The notes below the pieces were generated by a model that did not search any database, was not told the DNA's origin, and was given only the letters and a program-made list of their open reading frames with translations. From a virus, in the IMG/VR virus record IMGVR_UViG_3300028840_008180, positions 28,083 to 92,082 of that record: a stretch of DNA of 64,000 bases; one strand, 5' to 3'. Numbering within the stretch: the first letter of the stretch is position 1; every line of letters begins with the position of its first letter. Below are positions 55,599-64,000 of the stretch, piece by piece. A program made the position numbers and the translations under genes.

Positions 55599-56053
55599 GT
55601 CTCTTCCCTCCAAAAATCAGTAGATCGTCGGTCACGATCCCAAACATAAGCGAATTTTTCGGCTTCATCTTCATCCATTGGCATATCAAACATCTCTTGA
55701 ATGGCATGAGCTAGTTCGTGGACGATTGTGGTTTCGATCCCCACTTTACATTCTGCCCCATACTCCTCGCAGGCTTTTTGGATGTTACCCATATCCAGCA
55801 TGATGACAGGATGGGTGGAAGTACCGCTGGCATATTTGCCTAACTCATCAAGACCAGTAACGTAGGCGATGTCAAAGTCTCTGAAAACTCGGATTTCAGG
55901 CAACAAGTTTGCCTTCAAACCCTTAACAATACCATCTACGAGAACAGTTAGTTGCGGCTCTTCGTCTTCCTCATAGTCCCAACTGGCGTCGTAGTCGTGA
56001 CTGCGGTGCGGTAAGCCATCCTGCCAATCTTCCAACCACTGCTTGAAGTTCAT
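55595..56053 (-). CDS. putative zincin metallopeptidase with capsid-targeting-like N-terminus
   Basis: MNFKQWLE; TIVHELAHA followed by E..AE.FA. Confidence 0.65.
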   Translation of the reverse strand: MNFKQWLEDWQDGLPHRSHDYDASWDYEEDEEPQLTVLVDGIVKGLKANLLPEIRVFRDFDIAYVTGLDELGKYASGTSTHPVIMLDMGNIQKACEEYGAECKVGIETTIVHELAHAIQEMFDMPMDEDEAEKFAYVWDRDRRSTDFWREET

Positions 56054-56346
56054 ATCTTATTACCCTCATCATCTTCCAATGTGTTAACTAATCCCTTCTC
56101 TCGCATACGAACCCAGTATTTCCACGAAGGGTCGTCGGGCGAGTTGCCGATACCGACAACGTGAATGGGGCCGTGCCGCTTTAGCTCTAGCAACGCTTTC
56201 TCTGTATCACCCATCCCAGGGCTATTAGACCACCACTCGTAGATGGCGACATAATCTTCACCGATATCAATTTCGCCGCCCACCGAGCCATCTTCGCTTC
56301 TCCAATTAGAAATAGACTCGTTGATTAGCCATAGTTTGAAGTTCAT
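56050..56346 (-). CDS. small protein, possibly GNAT-like, with capsid-targeting-like N-terminus
   Basis: MNFKLWLINE, 5 nt after TAGATA; PG.G and YW motifs (weak). Confidence 0.6.
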   Translation of the reverse strand: MNFKLWLINESISNWRSEDGSVGGEIDIGEDYVAIYEWWSNSPGMGDTEKALLELKRHGPIHVVGIGNSPDDPSWKYWVRMREKGLVNTLEDDEGNKI

Positions 56347-56380
56347 GGTGTTATCTAGCTCACTCATACTCATTTAGGTC

Positions 56381-56995
56381 ATGGACGATCTAGTGAAAAG
56401 GGTGAGAGACAGCTTTTCTAAGTCTGCCATTCCGGCGCAGGCGTTGTTGTCGAAGTTCAAGTATCTCAATACGAACTTATCGGAGCGGGCGTTCTTCTAT
56501 GATCCGAAGTATTTTCCGTTTTATTTCCACCTGGGTCGCCACTTGGAGAGCAAGTCGCTACTCGATATGACGTTAGGGGTTGGTATTCCTACGAGTTGTT
56601 TTCTGCTGGGTTGTAAGACAGTTGAGCGTGTATCTGCTTTCCACAGACAGGAGACCGAGCATTATCCTATTCGCTTGGCCAAGCACAATATCAGGACGGT
56701 CTACAAAGGTCCTTCTTCGTATTGGGTTGGGAACATTGATGACCTGGAGTTCCAAAAGAATCTGAAGGCGTGCGAATGGGATGCGGTGATCATATCCATT
56801 CCTTTGTCTTACGACGACTGTCTTTCCTATCTTCGTTTAATCTGGCCCAGCGTCTCTAGGGGCGGGTTACTAATAATGGATCACGTTAACTATGATAAGG
56901 CGATGGAGCAAGCGTTTCATGACTTTGCTCGCACTAATAATCGGAAGACGGAAACTTTCGATACGAAGTACGGTGTTGGGCTCATTTTCAAGTAG
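56381..56995 (+). CDS. degenerate class I methyltransferase-like protein
   Basis: C-terminal W..V..GGL.IMD pattern; SAM-binding motif is atypical. Confidence 0.55.
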   Translation: MDDLVKRVRDSFSKSAIPAQALLSKFKYLNTNLSERAFFYDPKYFPFYFHLGRHLESKSLLDMTLGVGIPTSCFLLGCKTVERVSAFHRQETEHYPIRLAKHNIRTVYKGPSSYWVGNIDDLEFQKNLKACEWDAVIISIPLSYDDCLSYLRLIWPSVSRGGLLIMDHVNYDKAMEQAFHDFARTNNRKTETFDTKYGVGLIFK

Positions 56996-57000
56996 GTAAT

Positions 57001-58098
57001 ATGGGATACGAAGTACAAATTAGCTTCTATGAGAAGCAAGCAGATGGCGAAGACTTCAACAGAGATGATTTGAAAGTCAAAATCGCTAAGCTAGGTGACC
57101 CTCTGACGGAGGTTGCTCCCGATCATCTCGCAGCCCACATCATGAAGGAGTTCTCCAGATCAGACATCTGGGTGGACAAGGTCGAGATATTTGAGTGGGT
57201 GAAGAAGTCTGTCTCTTTCAAAGAGGCGAAGGGCGGCGGCGTATTGATTGGCGGCAAGAAGTACAACCCGTCGCTCAATGAGATCATGAAGCTAGCGGCA
57301 GAAGCTGCGCAGCCACAACCTCAACAGCCGCTGCCGCCGCAGCAGCCGCAGCCGCAGCCGCAGCCGCAGTATCAGCAGCAACCGCAACCGCAGCAACAAC
57401 AGTCGCCACTCATTTTACCCGGCCAACAGCAGCAACAACAACAGCAGCCGATGTACGAGCAGCAGCAGCCACAGTACCAACAACCACCACAACAATATCC
57501 GCAACAGCCTGGGCGGAAGGTTTGGCCACACGAGCAGATACAGGCACCAGCATATGTACAAGGCCACCCTACGTATGCCGGGACGCAACAGGAGGCGTAC
57601 CCGGCTGAGAAACAACAGCAGTTAAACCTTCAGAATAAAACTTCGATGGCGGGGTTGCGATATGCGGAAAGGGTTGAGGTATGCGATCCGCCACCGGAGT
57701 TACGAGCGGACATACCGAGTTTAGCGATCACGCCAGGGAAGCAGTATCGCATCATGGATGAAAAGCCAGTAGGGAACCCGAGAGCCCCAGGAGGCCGAGA
57801 TATGGCCTACAAGATCGTGAATGATATGGGGAAGGAGGTCTATGTCGGCTGTCATTACTTTCGACAACCGCAGTATGTTCGTCAAGAAACTTCTTACTTG
57901 GATAACACTGGGTATCTACAAAATACTGTGCAATATGAGGATCACGGCTATGAAGCCCAACAGCATCAGCCTCGACTTCTCTATCAAAACGAACAACCCA
58001 TGTACAGAAGCACCGCAAACCCAGGAGCCCACGACCCCAGAATCAACCAAGCCCTCTCCAGAATGGACGCAGCCGTTAGAAGGAGAACCCACAGATGA
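57001..58098 (+). CDS. Gln/Pro-rich protein with C-terminal beta domain
   Basis: Poly-QP linker; EVCDPP...T.GK.Y...YK..ND.GKEV.V..HYFRQ. Confidence 0.75.
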   Translation: MGYEVQISFYEKQADGEDFNRDDLKVKIAKLGDPLTEVAPDHLAAHIMKEFSRSDIWVDKVEIFEWVKKSVSFKEAKGGGVLIGGKKYNPSLNEIMKLAAEAAQPQPQQPLPPQQPQPQPQPQYQQQPQPQQQQSPLILPGQQQQQQQQPMYEQQQPQYQQPPQQYPQQPGRKVWPHEQIQAPAYVQGHPTYAGTQQEAYPAEKQQQLNLQNKTSMAGLRYAERVEVCDPPPELRADIPSLAITPGKQYRIMDEKPVGNPRAPGGRDMAYKIVNDMGKEVYVGCHYFRQPQYVRQETSYLDNTGYLQNTVQYEDHGYEAQQHQPRLLYQNEQPMYRSTANPGAHDPRINQALSRMDAAVRRRTHR

Positions 58099-58862
58099 CA
58101 TGGAAGCCACTGAGCAAGGAAGAGATAAGGAAGATGAACGAGAAGTGGAAGGCTCAACAAAGAAGGATGGAGAGGGTTAGGGATTTAGTCTCTCCCGACC
58201 GGCCTAAGACTTCTGAAGAAGCTTATCCGGACGAGTTACCTGAAGACGACTTCGTTAGGATGTCGAATCTCAACGGCATCACACATCGGCCTGAATGGGA
58301 CTCCACGTTGCCTGAGCGGATGTTCGCCCAGGACATGAAATACGCACAACACAAAGAGGTGTGCGATCCGCCCGAGGAATTGGTAGACGATATCACAGAC
58401 TTAGGTTTCACGGGTGGTAAGGAGTATGTCATTTTGGACCAAGTGGTTGTGCCGTCACCTGAGAACTCGGCTGGCGACTTCCTCTACAAAGTCGAGAATG
58501 ATGACGGCAAAGAGGTCTGCGTTTCAATTCATTACTTTCGGCAGAGACAGAGGATACGTCATGAAAGGTGGGATATAGAGACAAGGGACAATATTGTCGA
58601 ATATGGGGAGAGTGATGGACCTCCAGATGACCCAAAGGGTTACCCTCACTACTCCAAGTTCTATGACGCATATTGCGAGAAGAGGGAGAAGGAGTTCAGG
58701 TCTCAGCTAGTAGAAGAGCAATCTGCTAATCCAGAGTTGGTAGAGGCGATCAGGACTTCATTGAGGAATCGAGGAAGATTAGATGAATCACAAACAGCGA
58801 CAAGAAAAGAAAAAGAAGAATCGAGCGAAGAAGGCGAAAGCCAAGGTCCGGAAACGACGTGA
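58095..58862 (+). CDS. protein sharing the C-terminal domain of the preceding gene
   Basis: Same EVCDPP...HYFRQ domain. Confidence 0.75.
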   Translation: MTWKPLSKEEIRKMNEKWKAQQRRMERVRDLVSPDRPKTSEEAYPDELPEDDFVRMSNLNGITHRPEWDSTLPERMFAQDMKYAQHKEVCDPPEELVDDITDLGFTGGKEYVILDQVVVPSPENSAGDFLYKVENDDGKEVCVSIHYFRQRQRIRHERWDIETRDNIVEYGESDGPPDDPKGYPHYSKFYDAYCEKREKEFRSQLVEEQSANPELVEAIRTSLRNRGRLDESQTATRKEKEESSEEGESQGPETT

Positions 58863-59223
58863 GTGGATTCGTAAGAAAGCTCGTGAGATCAAAGAGGACG
58901 AGAAGTGGCAGAAGCACTTTGAAGTGAAAGGGACTACCATTCGTAACGAACCACAAATAACACCACAGACACAGGTGGACGACCCAGCTAGAGTTGCATA
59001 CGTGCGTAAGAGGTTGGAACACAACATGAAGATTCTCAAAGCTCTCGAAGAGGAAATGGAGAACGAAGAGATGGCAAGGTCGGAGTTGAGTGACAACCTC
59101 GAAGCCGCTGGCGCAGTGACACTAAAAGATAAGATGGAACGAATTGGACGGATAGCAGAACAAGAGGTAGCAGATGGAAAATATGAAACAAAAGGAACAG
59201 ACGAGACACCCACCGAAGCTTGA
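58783..59223 (+). CDS. basic coiled-coil hypothetical protein
   Basis: GAGGA RBS; overlaps the previous ORF. Confidence 0.65.
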   Translation: MNHKQRQEKKKKNRAKKAKAKVRKRREWIRKKAREIKEDEKWQKHFEVKGTTIRNEPQITPQTQVDDPARVAYVRKRLEHNMKILKALEEEMENEEMARSELSDNLEAAGAVTLKDKMERIGRIAEQEVADGKYETKGTDETPTEA

Positions 59224-59389
59224 TCTTCGGGGACCTATTGGCGACCCTATTATTCAGCGACTTAACCCCGATGACTTCTCATGTGAGATCGTGATTGACG
59301 ACAAAATTTCGATCACAATGTGGCTTGAACAATGGCAAAAACTTTCAAAGCATTTGAATGAAATTTTCTCAAAAGAAAAACATACATAG
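59174..59389 (+). CDS. hypothetical protein
   Basis: Short ORF with GAGG RBS. Confidence 0.5.
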   Translation: MENMKQKEQTRHPPKLDLRGPIGDPIIQRLNPDDFSCEIVIDDKISITMWLEQWQKLSKHLNEIFSKEKHT

Positions 59390-59503
59390 ACTCAAGTTTT
59401 GACTTTCAAATACCGATACAACTTATATGTGCTCACCTTTCACGTCGAAAAGTGACACAACGACTACTGTCGACTTTCAATTACTTTTACAGAAGGAGTT
59501 ACT

Positions 59504-60547
59504 ATGACAACTTTCGACAACTTTGATTTCAGTTTTGATGTAGACGTGATGCAACAGGACTTGACTAGGGTTGAACGCAAACCCGGTGAACGGAGCCAAA
59601 AGAACTCTGACAAGTATGTTGTTTTCCCCAAAGGCGAAGGCTCACTTATCGTGAGAATCCTGCCCGCCAACACACCTAAAGGTGCCAAGCTTCCATATGC
59701 TTGTACCCGTCTTCACTACATCAACGGACGTGGCTATCACTGCCTCCGTGAACTAGAAGATGAAAAGTGGCGTGGCGAATGCCCTATTTGCAGCTACTAC
59801 TCGTTCCTCTACAAGATGGCCGATGAGGCTAAGACGAAAGATGACAACGACGCCATTGTCGCACTCGCAAGGAAGATCAAGCCTATTGAGCGTTACTACT
59901 ACAACGTAATTGTTCGAGAGGAGTATGATTCCGAAACCAAGAAGACGAAGACCGATGTGGGTCCGAAAATCCTTGGTGTAGGAAAGACCTTGCATGGACG
60001 TATCTTACAGGCGTTCATCGGGAACAAGAAGTTCAGGAAAAAGGCTATCGGTAACATCGCACATCCGTTGACCGGTAGAGACCTAAACATCGTTAAGTCT
60101 ACTGCCATTGGTCATGATGGGAATGAATATCCCAGCTATGACCAGTCTGAATGGGAAGATGAGACTGTGCTTGGTGATGACAAGCAGATTAAGAAGTGGC
60201 TGGGTGCTCTTTACGATCTCGAAGCGGAGCGCCGTGAGAACATCAACACGGCGGATGAGCTTCAACATCAAGTTGATATCTACATGGGTAAGACCGACGA
60301 TGAAGCGTTGGACTTCAATCCCGCTGAGTTGGAGTTACCGAGTAGCTTGAAACTCTCGACAGATGTTGGAACGAAAACTACCGCTCCCGACCCCGAGACA
60401 GTAATGGAAGAGAGGTCAACCCCTTCACCTGTGGTGGAAACCACTGAGAAGGTGGATACGGACCTACCTTTCGATATTGACCTGGATGACCTTCCAGACA
60501 TCGGTGGCGATTGGGCTGACGACCTTCAAAAGAAGGGTGGCAACTAG
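59504..60547 (+). CDS. single-stranded DNA-binding protein (gp32-like)
   Basis: VRILP, H, C....CPIC, RYYYNV, GPKI...GK, P..G.D, Y..S, acidic tail; promoter at 59392-59419. Confidence 0.88.
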   Translation: MTTFDNFDFSFDVDVMQQDLTRVERKPGERSQKNSDKYVVFPKGEGSLIVRILPANTPKGAKLPYACTRLHYINGRGYHCLRELEDEKWRGECPICSYYSFLYKMADEAKTKDDNDAIVALARKIKPIERYYYNVIVREEYDSETKKTKTDVGPKILGVGKTLHGRILQAFIGNKKFRKKAIGNIAHPLTGRDLNIVKSTAIGHDGNEYPSYDQSEWEDETVLGDDKQIKKWLGALYDLEAERRENINTADELQHQVDIYMGKTDDEALDFNPAELELPSSLKLSTDVGTKTTAPDPETVMEERSTPSPVVETTEKVDTDLPFDIDLDDLPDIGGDWADDLQKKGGN

Positions 60548-60555
60548 TGCCTTTA

Positions 60556-60598
60556 ACCACCCGCCCCGGCATCGCCGGGGCGGGTGGTTTTGTTTTTC
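60556..60598 (+). terminator. terminator-like hairpin
   Basis: ACCACCCGCCCCGGC-ATC-GCCGGGGCGGGTGGT followed by T-rich tract. Confidence 0.75.
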
Positions 60599-60622
60599 AC
60601 ATTACTATTTGCAAGAGGAACT

Positions 60623-61801
60623 ATGACGAAGAAGAAATCTACTAAGAAAGAAACAGGGGCAATCGACTGGGCATCTTTGTCCGGTCACTACGGGATGGAA
60701 ATACTTGACAAGGTTGAGAGCATTCCATACTACATCGACACGGGTATCTTATCTTTGAATTACGTATGCTCTGGCAAGTTCATCAATGGTGGGATTCCGC
60801 TGGGTCGCATCGTCGAGATATATGGCGATTCATCTACCGGCAAGACCTTGATAGGCACAAACATACTAAAAGGAGCACAGAAGCGTAATGGTGTCCCGAT
60901 TCTGCTCGACGCTGAGCAATCTATGAGCAAGGAGTTTGCTGTAATTGCATCCAAGGTCGATCCCACCAGATTCCTGATCATGTCGTCACCGACACTGGAG
61001 GGATGTTTCAACAAGATATACGGGAGCATTAAGAAGGTTCGGGAGCAGGCACCTGGAGACTATCCGATTGTGGTTGTGTACGATTCTATCGCTGCGTCAC
61101 CAAGCGAGCGTGAATGGGCCGAAACGGAATTAGATATGGAAACTGCTACGAAAGCTGAAATAAAGACTGCTGGTGCTGGTGCAACCAAACCCGGAGAGCG
61201 TGCAAAGACGTGCTCGAAACACTTTAGGAATCTGCCGAAGTATCTGAGGGATAACAATGCTTCGTTAGTTGTTATCAATCAGTTGCGACAACAGATTGGC
61301 GTGATGTTTGGCGATGACCGAATTGGTGCTGGTGGTGGTCGGTCGCTTGAGTATTACACAGCCGTTAGGTTGTACATGCAAGCGAAGAAGGTACCAAAGG
61401 ATGATAAGGGTAATGTTCTTGGCGTCAACATTACTGTGAGGAATACGAAGAACAAATGCTTCCGACCGTTTGTTGAAGCCGAGCAGATGCGACTCTATTT
61501 CGATCAGGGCATCGATCCGTTTGGTGGCTTGTTGTCGCTATTTATTCGGACTGGAAGAGTGAACACTAAAGGTGGTGGGAACTACTGGGTCGAGGAGCCA
61601 TATGCTAATGGCGAGGAGATCAAGTTCAAGGCCAACAAGGAGAAGAACACGGTTCCGCCTGAGGTCTTGTTGAAGTGCCCGGCTTTGGTAGATGCCGACA
61701 GTTCTGAAGAGGTTCAATACTATATTGACCTATACCAGAGTGCGATCACTGCTACTGAAGAGATTGCTTCTGAAGATGAGTTCAAAGGAGGAGAAGATTG
61801 A
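60623..61801 (+). CDS. uvsX: RecA/UvsX-like recombinase
   Basis: GGIP.GRIVEIYG.SSTGKT, DAE, YDSIAA, INQLR, GG..L.YY, KNK..PF. Confidence 0.93.
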   Translation: MTKKKSTKKETGAIDWASLSGHYGMEILDKVESIPYYIDTGILSLNYVCSGKFINGGIPLGRIVEIYGDSSTGKTLIGTNILKGAQKRNGVPILLDAEQSMSKEFAVIASKVDPTRFLIMSSPTLEGCFNKIYGSIKKVREQAPGDYPIVVVYDSIAASPSEREWAETELDMETATKAEIKTAGAGATKPGERAKTCSKHFRNLPKYLRDNNASLVVINQLRQQIGVMFGDDRIGAGGGRSLEYYTAVRLYMQAKKVPKDDKGNVLGVNITVRNTKNKCFRPFVEAEQMRLYFDQGIDPFGGLLSLFIRTGRVNTKGGGNYWVEEPYANGEEIKFKANKEKNTVPPEVLLKCPALVDADSSEEVQYYIDLYQSAITATEEIASEDEFKGGED

Positions 61802-62175
61802 GTGCGATCATTCCCATACTACTGGCGCTAGCTTGCTTCATCATTGGTGGTGCCCACGCTGACTTTCACCGCAAGTTCACCAAGTTGTCATTTGGATTCC
61901 TAACAGCTTCCGTATTGTTGGGGGCCTGGGTGGTAACCGCTGCGTTTGCGCCAGTAGTATGTGTGGATGTGAGATACTATCCTGTTGTGACGGAACAACT
62001 CTCTAATGGTGTTGAACGTGATATCACAATCATAGAAGGTCGTGTCATCAATGTTAACCAAGAACTTGGTCTTAGGGTTCCGGAGGGCGGAAGTGTCTGT
62101 AGGATGTCGTATAAGAAGTCGTGGCTGGGTATCAAGTTCTTTCCGTCATCGAAGTATCAAGTGGTGACCGACTAA
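61798..62175 (+). CDS. membrane hypothetical protein
   Basis: Two hydrophobic segments; GGAGG RBS. Confidence 0.6.
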   Translation: MSAIIPILLALACFIIGGAHADFHRKFTKLSFGFLTASVLLGAWVVTAAFAPVVCVDVRYYPVVTEQLSNGVERDITIIEGRVINVNQELGLRVPEGGSVCRMSYKKSWLGIKFFPSSKYQVVTD

Positions 62176-62717
62176 ATGAGCTTGTAGTAGCCCGGTCTGA
62201 TCATATAGACTTCATGACCTTCCCGATCTAACTCATTTCGCACTTGTGTGTAGTAGTTGCGAATTGTCGACTCGTTGAGTTTGTGCATCCCGAGTCGAGA
62301 GTATAGCTCTTTAGTTCCCAAAGCTTTCCCAGTCAACAAACGGTTGCGAATCTTTGTACACACGACCTCTTTTCGGTTTGCGGGGGGCTGATTTTTTTTT
62401 TGAGAACGGGCTTGCTTGTGGGGCGTGTTATTCGTTATAACCTCATAGTCGGCATCGTCGTTATATGTGGCATCGCAGAACGCTTTTATGAGATGAGGCA
62501 TCGGTAGAATGGTAACGTTTTTCGCTTTTACTTCTAAAAGCTCTGCGCCAAACGCCCTGGAAAACTCGACGAGGTACCGAAGGTTTTTCCTCTGGGTGAA
62601 GAAGTGCCGGATGTTATCCTTAACCTTACCACTTGAAGCTACCTTCGGTTCGTTCACACGGACCAGGAGGCACAGGGCGCTCTTTCGGAGTTTGGGTTTG
62701 GATTTCTTAGATTTCAT
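62172..62717 (-). CDS. basic hypothetical protein, possible C-terminal winged helix
   Basis: ORF downstream of TAAA-N16-GCCGATAA (62795-62768). Confidence 0.65.
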   Translation of the reverse strand: MKSKKSKPKLRKSALCLLVRVNEPKVASSGKVKDNIRHFFTQRKNLRYLVEFSRAFGAELLEVKAKNVTILPMPHLIKAFCDATYNDDADYEVITNNTPHKQARSQKKNQPPANRKEVVCTKIRNRLLTGKALGTKELYSRLGMHKLNESTIRNYYTQVRNELDREGHEVYMIRPGYYKLI

Positions 62718-62884
62718 TGCTAAACCAGGGTCGGGTTCTTTCTCGTATGTTCTATCCTCTATTCCTTTTATCGGCAAGATCAAATCTGATCTTTATCTTT
62801 ATCCTTTTGTTGGATATGCTAGGGGTGTTCTGCCGATAAAGTATTTGTAGGCTAGAGCCGCAAAACGCAATAGTGAGGTTAGTC

Positions 62885-64000
62885 ATGGGAGCGCCACCCG
62901 AGAAGAAAAAAAAGGCACAGCACATTAGCTTTACGTCGACCCGTCGATTCGGCGTCGAGCTAGAACTGAATAGCTTTGACGGGGAGAACCGTCCGCCCAA
63001 AGGGGATCAACCTAAGGGGATCGGCGAGATTGCGCAGATTGTTGCGAAAGCCGCCCCAGCGGATGGTTGTGAAATTCGAGCGTGGGAGCACACGCATAAC
63101 AACTCCTGTTGGGTTGCCAAACCCGACTCTAGTTGCGGCCTCGAACTCTGCTCCCCTCCGAAGAAAGGTTGGAAGGGCCTTAAGGATATCCTAACGGTTG
63201 TCAAAGCCTTGCACGCCAATGACAAGATCAGGTCAGACAACCGCTGCTCTCTCCACGTCCATGTTGAGGTAGCGGACCTCGATGAGGAGCAGGTCGCTGC
63301 TATCGTAGCATGGTGGGTGAAGTGTGAACCTGTCATCATGGACGCCATGCCAATGTCCAGAAAGAGAAACAGGTACTGCCAGTTGATAGGTATGAACAAC
63401 ACCTTTCAACACGATGCCGAGTATTCGCACACCGATCTCATCAACCGTGTCGGCGATGTGAAGTACTATAGCATGAACACCAACCAATATAGTCGAGGGG
63501 GACGACGCACGTTGGAGTTCCGAACCATCGAAGGCTCCGGATGTCAGGATGCCTATCTGGTGAAGCAGTGGTGCCGGTTTATCATCCACTTCGTTGAAAT
63601 GTCCGCCAAGCTTCGTAGGCCGCAGCACTACCACGAACCAAAGAACGAAGAGGATCGTTACAACATCACACCTTGGACCGGTTTGGTATGGCTTGACCCG
63701 CAAGACGTACTAACGTTCCTCGGTTTCAACAATATCCCGGCAGCTATTCCCGGTCATCGGAAGACGACCGAGTACACGTTGTCGAAAGGCATGGAACAGA
63801 CCCGTAACTGGTTTGTCGCCAGAATGATGAAGTTCATGTCGAAGCACAAGCCCGGTGGCATGCGACACTACGCCAACCAACAGCTTGCCGAAATTATCAA
63901 ACGAGATGAAGCTAAGGGCCTGAAACTTGACCCGGAGGTGCATCTTTCACCATCAGAACGTGCCGATGACCACATCTTTGGTGAGGATTTTCGGTTCTAA
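62885..64000 (+). CDS. putative amidoligase (COOH-NH2 ligase, glutamine-synthetase-like fold)
   Basis: FGVELE, W....D.S, E..SP, C.LHVH, KY..N, TLEFR. Confidence 0.85.
   Translation: MGAPPEKKKKAQHISFTSTRRFGVELELNSFDGENRPPKGDQPKGIGEIAQIVAKAAPADGCEIRAWEHTHNNSCWVAKPDSSCGLELCSPPKKGWKGLKDILTVVKALHANDKIRSDNRCSLHVHVEVADLDEEQVAAIVAWWVKCEPVIMDAMPMSRKRNRYCQLIGMNNTFQHDAEYSHTDLINRVGDVKYYSMNTNQYSRGGRRTLEFRTIEGSGCQDAYLVKQWCRFIIHFVEMSAKLRRPQHYHEPKNEEDRYNITPWTGLVWLDPQDVLTFLGFNNIPAAIPGHRKTTEYTLSKGMEQTRNWFVARMMKFMSKHKPGGMRHYANQQLAEIIKRDEAKGLKLDPEVHLSPSERADDHIFGEDFRF

Noticed and set aside
1-64000. Alternative genetic code, as seen in some huge phages
   Set aside because: Long conserved genes are intact in code 11, and TAA, TAG and TGA all end recognisable genes.

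Overview
This is a 64-kb segment of a large T4-like (jumbo-type) dsDNA phage genome in the standard genetic code. The host is probably a planctomycete, inferred from the EF-Tu switch-I sequence. It carries replication/recombination genes (gp46 with an intein, gp47, UvsW, UvsX, UvsY, gp41-like helicase, gp32-like SSB, a short PolA, a PrimPol-DUF559 fusion), nucleotide metabolism genes (CTP synthase, class II RNR), a glycan-modification gene set, and many small ORFs. The stand-out feature is an apparent tRNA-sensing attenuator. A 26-codon leader peptide (9252-9332, too short for the ORF track) has 16 consecutive codons that are only Leu/Ser/Phe/Tyr. It is followed by mutually exclusive protector, antiterminator and terminator stems, and then by 14 tRNA genes plus EF-Tu. 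The tRNAs are only Leu/Ser/Phe/Tyr, and each of their 11 distinct anticodons is matched by a codon in the leader. Two promoter classes are also visible: 13 sigma28-like T[A/C]AA-N16-GCCGAT sites before replication genes, and TAnATA late-type sites, often leaderless, that fit a gp55-like sigma encoded here. About 13 small proteins share an N-terminal motif resembling the T4 capsid-targeting sequence. All calls are by eye from motifs; no database searches or folding programs were run.
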